DNA from: Promethearchaeota archaeon
GTDB lineage: Archaea > Asgardarchaeota > Heimdallarchaeia > Hodarchaeales > Hodarchaeaceae
Direction of reading: 5' to 3'
NCBI GenBank assembly: GCA_048938105.1
Contig: JBHLMN010000011.1
Location: forward strand, 143,709 to 207,708
Length of the DNA stretch: 64,000 nucleotides
This document shows, piece after piece, positions 1 to 10,900 of the stretch (the first letter of the stretch is position 1; each line of letters opens with the position of its first letter). Position numbers and translations under genes: made by a program. Below the pieces are notes generated by a model. It saw only the letters and a list, made by a program, of their open reading frames with translations, had not been told where the DNA came from and searched no databases.

Positions 1-400
1 TGAGTTTAACAATCTTCTGCAACTCTTTATGAAAATACTCAAGGGTTGATTCCTTGAGAGCCTCTTCAAGAGTAACCCACTTGTATTCGGAATGTTCCCA
101 ACTTAATTTCACTTCTCCTTCAAGATATTTCACCCAATAATAGATAAAGACCATGGGAACCTCTTGGCCACCTCTATAGAAACATGAAGTAGCGATTGGC
201 ATAACAACTTGAGCTTCAATTCCTACTTCTTCTTCTATCTCACGTAAAACTCCATTCTCGGGATTCTCATCCCTCTCTAGTCTTCCTGTGACTGGTTCCC
301 AAGTGTTTGGTGCAAAATCCTTATTGGAAGACCTTTTGAGAATTAAGAAGTGATTATTTTTCTCTATTATTGCAGCTAATCCAACATAGAATGTTTTCAT
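1..400 (-). CDS. NUDIX hydrolase (3' end runs off the window)
   Basis: Translated by hand from ATG at 400: MKTFYVGLAAIIEKNNHFLILKRS...GRLEGDENPENGVLREIEEEVG (Nudix box)...WEHSEYKWV. No stop before position 1. Absent from the ORF track. Confidence 0.9.
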   Translation of the reverse strand, partial: MKTFYVGLAAIIEKNNHFLILKRSSNKDFAPNTWEPVTGRLERDENPENGVLREIEEEVGIEAQVVMPIATSCFYRGGQEVPMVFIYYWVKYLEGEVKLSWEHSEYKWVTLEEALKESTLEYFHKELQKIVKL

Positions 401-535
401 GATATCCACTTTCTTCACTCTACATTGACTTAAGTTAAGAATAATGTTTTTATGCTTTTATGAGAAGATGTCCAAGTTGAAAAATCACCTTCTATCATTA
501 ATTTGAAAGGTACCTGACTAGGAGATATATCAAAA

Positions 536-1948
536 ATGGATCTTGTTGATTTTCGTAATAATGCACACCGAATAGTAGACTGGATGGTAAATTATCTAGA
601 AACAGTAGAGAAATATCCTGTGAAATCCCAAGTAAAACCTGGAGAGATAATCAATAAACTACCGTTAGAAGCACCAACTACCGGTGAAGACTTCGAGAAA
701 ATTTTCACTGATTTTGAAGAATTAATAATACCTGGAATAACTCATTGGCAGAGTCCTAATTTCTTTGCTTATTTTCCCGCTAATAGTTCTCATGCCTCAA
801 TTTTAGCAGAAATGCTGATGACAACTCTGGGCGCTCAATGCATGAGCTGGGAAACATCTCCAGCAGCAACTGAATTAGAAGAACGAGTTATGGAATGGTT
901 ACGGGATATGATCAGTTTACCCAAGGATTTCAGTGGAGTGATCCAGGACACCGCTTCAACATCAACAACCTGCTCTCTGTTAACAGCTCGAGAACAGCTC
1001 ACTAATTATGAAATTAACTCAACAGGGATGAATGATAAGGGTATCTTAACAGCATACTGTTCTACTGAAACCCATTCAAGTATTGAAAAAGCAGTTAAAA
1101 TAATTGGAATAGGTAAGGAGAACTTAAGGAAAATACCTGTGGATGAAAACTATGCTCTGCAATCAGAAGCCTTGAAAGAAGCTATCGAATCAGATATTAG
1201 TAATGATCTGAAACCAATGGCTGTCATCGCCACAATTGGGACAACGGGTTCTACAGCAATTGATCCCTTAAAAAAAATAGGGGAAATCTGTTCAAAACAT
1301 AAGATCTGGTTACATGTTGACGCAGCATTGGCTGGAACTGCACTACTCTTACCAGAATACCAATGGATGATTGAGGGAATCGAATATGCAGATACTTTTG
1401 TGTTCAATCCGCATAAATGGATGTTTACTAATTTTGACTGTTCTGCATATTTTATTAAAGATCCAAGGGCCTTAGTTCAAACTTTTGAGATCTTACCGGA
1501 GTATCTCAAAACTAAAGCAGAGGGAGTGAAGAATTTTCGAGACTGGGGATTGCAATTAGGCCGACGGTTTCGAGCTCTTAAACTGTGGTTTGTGATTAGA
1601 CACTTTGGAATAGAAGGATTACAACAAAAAGTTAGATTTCATATCAATCTTGCGAAATCTTTAAGCCAAAAAATTGAACAATCACCGAATTTTGAATTAT
1701 TAGCTCCAGTTCCTCTGAATACAATCTGTTTTAGATATAATCCACCTACTATCGATGTTGAAGAGGAATTAAATCGATTGAATGAAGAATTAATGCATCG
1801 ATTGAATAATACAGGAAAACTCTATATGACTCATACAAAATTAAATGGAAAATACACCCTCAGACTCGTCACAGGGCAAACATACACCCAAGAAAAGCAT
1901 GTAAACCAAGCATGGGCGTTAATACAAAAAGAAATACAGAAACTGTAG
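536..1948 (+). CDS. PLP-dependent group II decarboxylase, aromatic-L-amino-acid decarboxylase type
   Basis: PGITHWQSPNFFAYFP, SPAATELE, HVDAA, NPHKW (PLP lysine), GRRFRALKLWF. Confidence 0.93.
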   Translation: MDLVDFRNNAHRIVDWMVNYLETVEKYPVKSQVKPGEIINKLPLEAPTTGEDFEKIFTDFEELIIPGITHWQSPNFFAYFPANSSHASILAEMLMTTLGAQCMSWETSPAATELEERVMEWLRDMISLPKDFSGVIQDTASTSTTCSLLTAREQLTNYEINSTGMNDKGILTAYCSTETHSSIEKAVKIIGIGKENLRKIPVDENYALQSEALKEAIESDISNDLKPMAVIATIGTTGSTAIDPLKKIGEICSKHKIWLHVDAALAGTALLLPEYQWMIEGIEYADTFVFNPHKWMFTNFDCSAYFIKDPRALVQTFEILPEYLKTKAEGVKNFRDWGLQLGRRFRALKLWFVIRHFGIEGLQQKVRFHINLAKSLSQKIEQSPNFELLAPVPLNTICFRYNPPTIDVEEELNRLNEELMHRLNNTGKLYMTHTKLNGKYTLRLVTGQTYTQEKHVNQAWALIQKEIQKL

Positions 1949-1953
1949 CTTCA

Positions 1954-3006
1954 TTATGAGAATTTTACCCGTAATTGCGTTGCAAGAGCTTCAGGGGATT
2001 TAACAAGAATCTCTGTTCCTAAAAGTTTCTGTAAAAAGTAATCATCAGTACGATAATTCTCATATACATTCGATCGAGAGATAATTCGAACACTAATCCA
2101 GAACCATTCTTCTTCCTTGTCTAGTGAGCCTGAAAAGATGGTAAAATTAAAAGTGGAACAGCCGTTTTCTTCATAGAAAGAAAGAATATTTGAGATTCCT
2201 TCACCGAGAGACAAGGTATCCATATGAGACAATTGGAGAAAATTATTTTTGCCTAAGACAATTCCTTGGACTTCATTACTTCCTAATGGCGAGAAAGAAG
2301 TGATCCATTCAATATCTCCAGTTCTTCCAATGTATCGTTCAGCAGAGGTTTTTTCTAACTCAATCAGATCTTCCCAGTAATTCGAGTGGTTTTTCTTGTA
2401 ATACTGATGAGATCCTTTAAGCATTCTATTCAAGAATGTATAAGGAACATCTCCACCTAAAACTTGAATGTGTGGGTGAATAGCGCTAGCACCAGCGGGA
2501 AATAAATAGTTACAATTTATTGTCATATAACTAGGAGACTGTTTAACGGAAAATACACGTCGAATGAATTCCACACAGGCCTGAATCCCATCAACAAGTA
2601 TTTTGGGAGTAAAATCACTTAAATTTAAATAGTGAGCGTGAGTGAGAGCACATACCGCATGATATTCAGAAAGGGGAAAAAGATTAGGAAAAAGAGTAGC
2701 TTCACCAACAGATATCCTTCCCTCGGGGAGAAGCTCTGATGAATACTTAGGAGTGACCTTTTTTACTTTTTGAGGACACATAAAACAATTAGCTTGACTT
2801 TCTTGGGCTATTTCTTGAATCAAACTCTGATCTGTTTCACCAAAAAACATCTTCACCTTATCTTCCAGCACTTTTCCAACAATACTTAGAGTTCCAGTCA
2901 ATGGATCTTGACGATGTTCAATTAGGTGAATATCCTCTTGAAAACCTTTTAGGGGATTGAGAAATTTAGACTCTTTTCTAATGTATTTAAAATGAATTTT
3001 TGTCAA
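1954..3006 (-). CDS. GalT-like (galactose-1-phosphate uridylyltransferase/HIT superfamily) nucleotidyltransferase
   Basis: RQDPLTG, CFMC, FPNLFP, AGASAIHPHIQ (HxHxQ). Confidence 0.85.
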   Translation of the reverse strand: MTKIHFKYIRKESKFLNPLKGFQEDIHLIEHRQDPLTGTLSIVGKVLEDKVKMFFGETDQSLIQEIAQESQANCFMCPQKVKKVTPKYSSELLPEGRISVGEATLFPNLFPLSEYHAVCALTHAHYLNLSDFTPKILVDGIQACVEFIRRVFSVKQSPSYMTINCNYLFPAGASAIHPHIQVLGGDVPYTFLNRMLKGSHQYYKKNHSNYWEDLIELEKTSAERYIGRTGDIEWITSFSPLGSNEVQGIVLGKNNFLQLSHMDTLSLGEGISNILSFYEENGCSTFNFTIFSGSLDKEEEWFWISVRIISRSNVYENYRTDDYFLQKLLGTEILVKSPEALATQLRVKFS

Positions 3007-3318
3007 TTCTATCTATTTCCTGTGTTATTTTTAATAATCCTCAGATTATTCTGAAAATATAAAGTGGAATTTTTAAGCTATTAGAAATAATCTTCTTTGA
3101 GAAAAATATTTATCACAATCTAGTTCAATTCTAGCAGTAAAAGAAAATACACAAAGTGATCCTTCAAGGATGAAACGCCAGGGTTTGAAACTATCTTAGT
3201 AATTCTAGGACTATTCAGTCTAATAGCCATAATAAGGCGATGGCAAAGAAAGAACATACTATAATTATACCAGAGAGTATATCAAGTCTGGGTTCTGTAA
3301 ATTTACAAAATGGAACCC

Positions 3319-6300
3319 TTATATCCTCTTTTTTCTTTTTAGAATCTTCATAGAGCTTAATATAGTAATTACAAATAGAACTAGGATATATTCGAAACCT
3401 GAAGCACTTACCTTTATTGGTTCCGATACAGATTCTTCACCCACAATTATCACGAGAACTTCATCGCTTGCAACGTTTCCAGACGTATCCATGACTTCTA
3501 ATTCTATATTATGGGCACCGATTGCCCAACCTACTATGTACAGCGTGATTTCGTCTTCAGTCCAACTTTCTTCACGAATGACTGTACCATTCCGTTTAAT
3601 AGTGAGACTTGCAGGATGAAGGTCAAATACATCCCAAGTAATGTATGCACCTTCGTCTCCACTAACGAATCTACAATCAGCAACTCGAGTAATGGTTGGA
3701 GCAGTTGTATCAACAACTAATACGTAACTTGTACAACTATAAGAGAGCCCCTGTTGATCCTGTACAATGAGAATATACGTATGATTCCCCATTATAAGCC
3801 CATCTACAGAAACAATTAAGGTGGTTGTTTCAAGCGGCCCTGAATCTTCTAATTCTCCATCGAGGTACAATGAATAGCTATGAGGGTTCGCTTCAAGAAT
3901 TTCATAGACAAGCGAATTTCCAGTAGTTCCTTCAGAAAAAATAAGGTGGGGTGGAGCCTGTATATAGGGAGCAGCATAATCAGTCACCGTTACTATGATT
4001 GTATCTCTACCTATATTCCCAGATTCGTCATAAGCTAACAGAGTATAATTATATTCTTCTGGAGAATAATCAGTTATTCTCATGAAGACCACTGGTAGTT
4101 TATCCTTTAAGCTACCTTCGTCAACTTTTTCATCATTACAATAAACTTCAAAGCGATCCAGATGATGTTCAATTATTAACCATTCAAACCAATCTGGAGC
4201 TGAAAATGGATCAAATTGATATGATTTTAAGGGCCAGACATAAGGTGCTATAACATCATTTACTGTGACTTCAACTGATGAGTAGTCTGTATTACCACTA
4301 GTATCATTAACTTCGATTTTGAAAGTGAACTTTCCTGCTGTAAGGCTTGATTTGGGAATTGTAATATTATTGGAAGCTGATCCCCATCTATCTTCGATCA
4401 CTAATTGACCATCACGATATATTCGATAATAACCTGGATTCAAATCCTCAACTTGCCAGAATGGCAAAACAGTGTCCGATAAATTATGTTCAAAGACTGT
4501 AAAATCACTAGGTTCACTAAGAAATGTAGGAGCATCAATATCACGGAATTGATATGTCCAAGGATATGTGTTACTATTATTGGCTAAATCAAAGATAGTC
4601 AACTCAATCTCATTATCCCCAATAAGTAAGGGAAGTTCATCAGAATAGAAAATCAATGGTTGATCAGATTGCCATGTTCCCTCAACTTCAAGAACTGAAT
4701 TGATCCATAATTTATAATGGCTGGGGTATGAATCTGTTACAATAATAGAAAGATTTTCATTACGAGATTGATATCCTAAAGAACTTGGAAGTGGACTTGT
4801 AAATGTTGGAATTAGATTATCATTTGATGTAATTGTAACAAGAATCGTAGAAGAAGCAGAGTTATTATTAAAATCTTGTATAAATAATGTAAAATTATAA
4901 ACACCAGTCGTCAATGATCCAGGTTCTATTGGACATTCTATATGCCATAGTGGTTCTTCCCCAGCCCTTTGATACACTTTGTAATCATCTGATAGAAGAA
5001 GAGGATTCCCATTTAAGAAAATTGTAGCATTCCATAAAAATTCTTCTGTACAATCCCAATGAAGATGTTGGGTGAATTTAAAGTTCTCTGGAAACTCTAG
5101 ATCCAAGCTAGGCCCGATAATAGGTGATATATAATCAGTGGCGGTTATATTTACCCACAATTCAGTTGAAGCAATATTATCATTGGTATCATTAAACACT
5201 AATGTTATATTATGTAATCCTTCCATTAATTGATTTGAACCTGTTACAGGAACTTGAATTAAGTCGTCACTTGTCCAATTATAACTCGTGAATGGAGAAT
5301 TGTCAATAAAGATCTCTAGTTTATGAGGCCACTCATCATGAGCTATAACAGCTAATCCATGTGTTAAAGAGGAAGTTGGGTAGGTAACTAGTTTAGAAGG
5401 ATCACGTGGGAAGAGATGGGTGATACCAGGTGGTACATAATCTGGGGCATATACTGCAATAGATACATCACTCCCATGGAATATAGCAGTTTCTCCACTT
5501 CTTGTTGAGATTAAAAGAATACGAAAGTCATATGTTCCTTCTGGAACATCATCAGGGTTGGATATTCTTAATGTAACAATAACCTTATCTATGTCCATTG
5601 GCGCGATAGTCGTTGTGTTTTTGGGAATTATGAGATAATCATTCCAACCATCTGAAGCTATTATAAATGAATCAGGTACATTACCAAGATTTTTTACTTC
5701 TAGAGTGAAGTTTATTTCCCAATCTGCAAACATCACGGTATTATTCGGCCAAATAGCCGATTCAGCGTTATATGCTTCTGAGAAGTTAAGGTAAACTGTC
5801 TTTGTACGAGAAATTGTTGGAGATCGTACATTAGAAGCCTTGATTTCAAGTTCATAGAGGCCTGGAGATGGATAGATATCCTCTAAACTAAATGAAAAAC
5901 CAATTTCTCCATTATAATAATAACCCGATCCACTACCATAAGGATCCACAGAATGAACGTCTTTCCATGTGTAATTAGAGTCTCCAAGATTTAAAATAGC
6001 ATTAGTTTTAATAGTATCATTCATATTACCGTTGTTTCTACCATAATACCCTATTAAAACATCTTCACCAGCTTGCACTTGAATGATTTCTGAAGTTCCT
6101 TGTTCAAGGTCAAAACTAAAGTCGACAAGCTTAGGAACAGTTAAGGAAGCAGTTTTTGTGACAGTTGCATCAGTTAATTGAAAATGCTCCTTAGCTAAAC
6201 TAGTAGCGGAGATAGTAAAATCAACATCACCAGGGGGTACAGAAATCTGCTCTGGAGGGGAAACAACAAGATGGGCTGATGTCGGATAAGAACCAATGTT

Positions 6301-7959
6301 ATAGTAGGGGTCAGTCCGACCAACAAAGTCATAAGTGTAACCTGGAGGTAATTCAGAAACATCTAATTTAATTATATCTGATTTACCATAATCATTCCAC
6401 ATGGAAATATCATACATCTGATCATAAGGACGTATATTTGAAAGAACATCGAAACTTGAACGACTGGTCTCGCTAACCTGCATAGAAAAATCATAGACAT
6501 CTGATGACTCATAAGATACACCTGGAATCGAAAAAGAATCGTTGGAGCCTATTTGAATTGGAGCGTCTGGGTTATAATAAGTAAATCCTGGAAGATCAAA
6601 TTCCCAGGAGGGTAACCATTCGCTAAATGGTATTCTTATGTAGGGCTTTGATCCAGTAACAGGATTAGGTATTTTAAGATCGTCGAAATGAAACCATAAA
6701 TTAGGAACAGACCGTATTCGGTGGACATTTAAGACGAAATCATCAATATCAAGTGATAGAAGTTGATTTGTAGAAGTGTTTACCCTGAAATCGATACTTC
6801 GGGTTTCATTTGCTTCAGTCCAAATGATAGGTTTTTCTGGACCACCGTCGACTGTCAAACTAGCCGTGATAATTGATTTATCTAACGTTATATAGCCGAA
6901 ACCAATCCCAAATGAACAAATTTCATCAAGAATGAGCGTGTAAATTCCCCCTTTGTCTCGGATAAGATATGAGATATCGATACTCCCGGGAATATCAATT
7001 CTAGCTTCTCCTTCTCCAATTGGAGTAGTATAGTCATTAAATTCATGATAGTCATAAAAAATAGCGTTTACAGAGGCTAACACGAACCATTCCCATTTTG
7101 GAGGTTGAGGAATTGATTCCTCAACCCAAACATACCCAGTAACCCATTTCCACCAATCTTTTATCTTGAACGACTTCTTGACCAGTTGTGTAAGAGGTGG
7201 TTGTGGGAATAAAAATGTGGCTAAAAACCAGAGATTTAGATTTTCAATGTCAACTTTTACTTCAAATTCATGGAAGGTGGGATCGTCATAAGGGATGAGG
7301 GTGCAGTTTAGTGTATGAGTTGTGCCTTGAATGACTTCTTTCGGATATTGCACCTTTAATATCACCGGAAAACAGAAGTTAAATTTTACGAGAAACTTAC
7401 CTGTTACCATAAATTTTAATTTTGGGTGTTCTGTACGAATATGCTTCGTTATAGATTTATCTAGATCTATTTTCCATCTATACCCAATTATTATCTCCTC
7501 TTCTGCTGACAACATCTCAGGTTCAAACCCATCTTCAAGTTTAGAACGAATTGGAATGGTGATGTCTTGAAAACCAGAAGAGTTAGACCCCATAATTGTT
7601 ATTTCAGGTTTTCCCATTGTAGAGTGGTCTATTGAGTAACCATTGGTGTCTTCTTCATCATTAAAATCTAAGGTGTAATCATCAAGAAGTATATTTTCGA
7701 CCATTTCTTGATAATTTAATCCTTCCATGGAATTTGAAAGAAACGAAACGTCTTGAGGATCCCAAGTTTCCATTATAAGATCGGTAATCTCGTTTTCCGT
7801 TTGAGTTTCATCTGTAAAGTCATCCAAAATGGATTCTATCTCTTTTGCTGTAATTATAGGATTTGTCTGTTTTTTCGCCCCTACTCCTCCTAATTGAATG
7901 AGTAATAGGACTAGTAAGAAAATACCCCATGGTATTTTATTTAACTTGAATTTAATCAC
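3319..7959 (-). CDS. Giant cell-surface protein with CARDB/Ig-like domains and a PGF-CTERM-like anchor
   Basis: Signal peptide; NxGNxxD motifs; repeated D-x-x-P...W-x3-D...Y beta-sandwich units; C-terminal ASGFE + TM + KRKKR; GTG start overlaps the upstream TGA (GTGA). Confidence 0.8.
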   Translation of the reverse strand: MIKFKLNKIPWGIFLLVLLLIQLGGVGAKKQTNPIITAKEIESILDDFTDETQTENEITDLIMETWDPQDVSFLSNSMEGLNYQEMVENILLDDYTLDFNDEEDTNGYSIDHSTMGKPEITIMGSNSSGFQDITIPIRSKLEDGFEPEMLSAEEEIIIGYRWKIDLDKSITKHIRTEHPKLKFMVTGKFLVKFNFCFPVILKVQYPKEVIQGTTHTLNCTLIPYDDPTFHEFEVKVDIENLNLWFLATFLFPQPPLTQLVKKSFKIKDWWKWVTGYVWVEESIPQPPKWEWFVLASVNAIFYDYHEFNDYTTPIGEGEARIDIPGSIDISYLIRDKGGIYTLILDEICSFGIGFGYITLDKSIITASLTVDGGPEKPIIWTEANETRSIDFRVNTSTNQLLSLDIDDFVLNVHRIRSVPNLWFHFDDLKIPNPVTGSKPYIRIPFSEWLPSWEFDLPGFTYYNPDAPIQIGSNDSFSIPGVSYESSDVYDFSMQVSETSRSSFDVLSNIRPYDQMYDISMWNDYGKSDIIKLDVSELPPGYTYDFVGRTDPYYNIGSYPTSAHLVVSPPEQISVPPGDVDFTISATSLAKEHFQLTDATVTKTASLTVPKLVDFSFDLEQGTSEIIQVQAGEDVLIGYYGRNNGNMNDTIKTNAILNLGDSNYTWKDVHSVDPYGSGSGYYYNGEIGFSFSLEDIYPSPGLYELEIKASNVRSPTISRTKTVYLNFSEAYNAESAIWPNNTVMFADWEINFTLEVKNLGNVPDSFIIASDGWNDYLIIPKNTTTIAPMDIDKVIVTLRISNPDDVPEGTYDFRILLISTRSGETAIFHGSDVSIAVYAPDYVPPGITHLFPRDPSKLVTYPTSSLTHGLAVIAHDEWPHKLEIFIDNSPFTSYNWTSDDLIQVPVTGSNQLMEGLHNITLVFNDTNDNIASTELWVNITATDYISPIIGPSLDLEFPENFKFTQHLHWDCTEEFLWNATIFLNGNPLLLSDDYKVYQRAGEEPLWHIECPIEPGSLTTGVYNFTLFIQDFNNNSASSTILVTITSNDNLIPTFTSPLPSSLGYQSRNENLSIIVTDSYPSHYKLWINSVLEVEGTWQSDQPLIFYSDELPLLIGDNEIELTIFDLANNSNTYPWTYQFRDIDAPTFLSEPSDFTVFEHNLSDTVLPFWQVEDLNPGYYRIYRDGQLVIEDRWGSASNNITIPKSSLTAGKFTFKIEVNDTSGNTDYSSVEVTVNDVIAPYVWPLKSYQFDPFSAPDWFEWLIIEHHLDRFEVYCNDEKVDEGSLKDKLPVVFMRITDYSPEEYNYTLLAYDESGNIGRDTIIVTVTDYAAPYIQAPPHLIFSEGTTGNSLVYEILEANPHSYSLYLDGELEDSGPLETTTLIVSVDGLIMGNHTYILIVQDQQGLSYSCTSYVLVVDTTAPTITRVADCRFVSGDEGAYITWDVFDLHPASLTIKRNGTVIREESWTEDEITLYIVGWAIGAHNIELEVMDTSGNVASDEVLVIIVGEESVSEPIKVSASGFEYILVLFVITILSSMKILKRKKRI

Positions 7960-10900
7960 TTATAAAACCTCCTTTTTTCTCTAGCTCTACGTCTTGTTGC
8001 TACAATCAATAATAAAAGAGGAATAATAAAAAGGAATTCAAATCCTGGAGCAGATTGAGCTTTAGTTATGGTAGCAGTAACATCATCGAATGCGAAGTTC
8101 CCCGATACGTCGTAAACAACGCACCGAAAATGATATGTCCCCTCGCTATATTCAGATAGGTCTAGCGTAATATCTTCGCCAGACCAGCTACCACTTTTTA
8201 TGACTCCGCCATCTGGGAGTAAGAGAATTTCAAATCGTGAAGGATTATCATCAGAAACAACCCAGGTAATATTTATTTCGTGACCTACAGGAAAATCGTA
8301 ATCAGGAAGTAACAAAATCGTCGGTGGCGAGTTATCTCCTGTAACCGTCACATGAACGGTTTGGGAAGTAGATTGGTCGTAAATATCCCAAGCTTTGATT
8401 ACTATCACATAAGAACCAATATCCAAACCATCTAATGAATAAATAACTTGTCTATTTGGAATAACCCATATAACTTCCATGATAATTACCCCATCTTGAG
8501 ATATTGAGAAAGCTTTAGGATGTTCATCAAAAATATAGAATATTAGGGAGTTACCAATTGTGCCATGAGAAAATTCAACATCTGGTTGTTGAGAAATCAG
8601 AGGTGCTTCAATGTCAATCTCACTCCCTTTTACCACTCTTACAAGAACTTTACTTGAGGCATTGTTTCCTGCTTGATCCCAAACCGTTAAAGTAAATTCC
8701 CAAGTTCCTAGGGGGAGAGAAGTAAAATAATATTGAACAAGACCACTCTTAGTATAATCTTGAACAAGAACTAATGTACCATTTCGATGGATCATGAAAA
8801 ATTGAGGATTTTCATCATATACTTCCCAAATGATGATGCCATAGATATTTTCGGCAATCCTTAAGTCTGCAGGATGGCTTATTGTTGGTGAGGTAATATC
8901 AGGCAATAGAGGGAAAACTGTCACAGTTGTACTAGCAGAGAAATTATTCAGTTCAAGATCCCACAATGTGAGAGTAACTACCCAGATGCCAATATCTAAG
9001 CCATCTACTGATGTTGTAATATTTTCCCCACGCCAAGGGCTATAAAGAAGTTCAGTACCATTGATGACTGTTCTAAATGCATAGGGATGATCATCAGAGC
9101 AGTACCATGTTAAATTGTGGCCCGTTGACCCTTCTTCATATTCAATAGGATTGGGAGGAATAATTGTTGGTTGAGTACTATCTGGAACCTTATGAAACAC
9201 TGTAATAAATACAATACTAGAGTTATAATTTCCAGCTTCATCATATATGGTGCAGTTATATTTATATGTGCCTGCAGTCAAATTATCGAGTGATATTTCA
9301 ATATCATTACCAATCCAAGCTTGATCATAAATTTTGGTCTCATTCTCCCAGACTGTTGACCACCAAGGAGACCGATCGTCGGATCCAGACCAGACAATTG
9401 AATAACCGATATTACCCTCTTCAAAGCTAATATTATCAGGAGAAGAAATCCAGGGTGGAGTCTCATCAGGAGTAAGAGGAAGTACAGTGACCCATACTTC
9501 GTCGGATGTTCTCCTTCCGAAAATATTCTGAACAACACAAGTAAAGTTGTGTTTACCTTCTTGTAATCCATCTAGAGGCACAATAATTGAATCATCATAG
9601 TCGATGTCTTGTTGATAAATTGAATTATTTCGATAAACTGTATAGTTTGAAGGATAATCATCAACTATTGTCCAAAGAATAGTCCTACCGGTCGAACCAA
9701 AGAATATAGGAAAATCACTTGGGCCTGTGATAATAGGGTAAACATTAAGAATTGTAAAAGAGTTATCAGATGTATCCAAACTATTTAATGTCCCATCACT
9801 TGCATTAACAAGGATCTGATAAGTATCTCCATTTGGTACTGTCCGTGTATCCCAATCATAACTCGTTTCGGTCAACCCCTTCACAAATTCGACCCAATCA
9901 GATCCATCCCAGTAAGAAAGATTATAGGTCAAAGGATCTCCATCAGCGTCACTAGCAGTCCAGGTTACGGTCTCAATTCCCATCAACATTTCACCACCAT
10001 TGGGATAGAGGACTGTTACAACAGGAGGATCAGGATTATTAATTGTAAAGGAGGCATCGGAGGTATCACTACCAATCAATGCTCCATCACTTGCATTAAC
10101 TAGGATCTGATAGAAATTCCCATCTAGAACCATCAATGTGTCCCAGTCATAACTTGTGCTGGTCAATCCCGTTATTAATTCAATCCAATTTGATCCATCC
10201 CAGTAGGAGATATTAAAATGCAAGGAATCCCCATCAGCATCGCTTGCGGTCCAAGTAATAGTCTCAAATCCCATCAAAGTTTCACCACCATTGGGGTAGA
10301 TGACTGTAACGATAGGAGCATGGGGATTATCAATGGTAAACACTGCATCAGACTCGTCTTGCTCACTCAGTCTCCCATCATTCACTATGACACGAATTTT
10401 ATAGTTAGCACCATCTGGCACCGTCATAGTATCCCAGTCATAACTTGTGCTGGTCAATCCCATTATTAATTCGATCCAATTTGATCCATTCCAGTAAAAG
10501 AGATCAGATGTTAAGGAATCCCCATCGGGGTCACTCGCGGTCCAGGAAATGGTAATGGTTCCACTTAGCATTTCGCCACCATTGGGATAGGTGAGACTTA
10601 CTGTTGGGAGTTGTTCTGCTGTCAACCACTCAATAATGTTCGACGCTAGAATCTCATTATCACTATCATATAAATTGATGGTTCCATCACCATCTGTGTC
10701 ACTATTACTCCACAAATAACCTGCTCCAGGATATACAACTAGTCTTCCTGTACCTGCGATCCCTGAATCAAAAGCACTTATCACGGAAACTCCTGATGCT
10801 GTAGAATCATTCCCCCAAAATTTAGCAGTCCCATCAGTATCACACTTTATGAGGGGGATTTCCTCTGAGGGAGTAGATTCAAAGAAGCTGGGGGCATACA

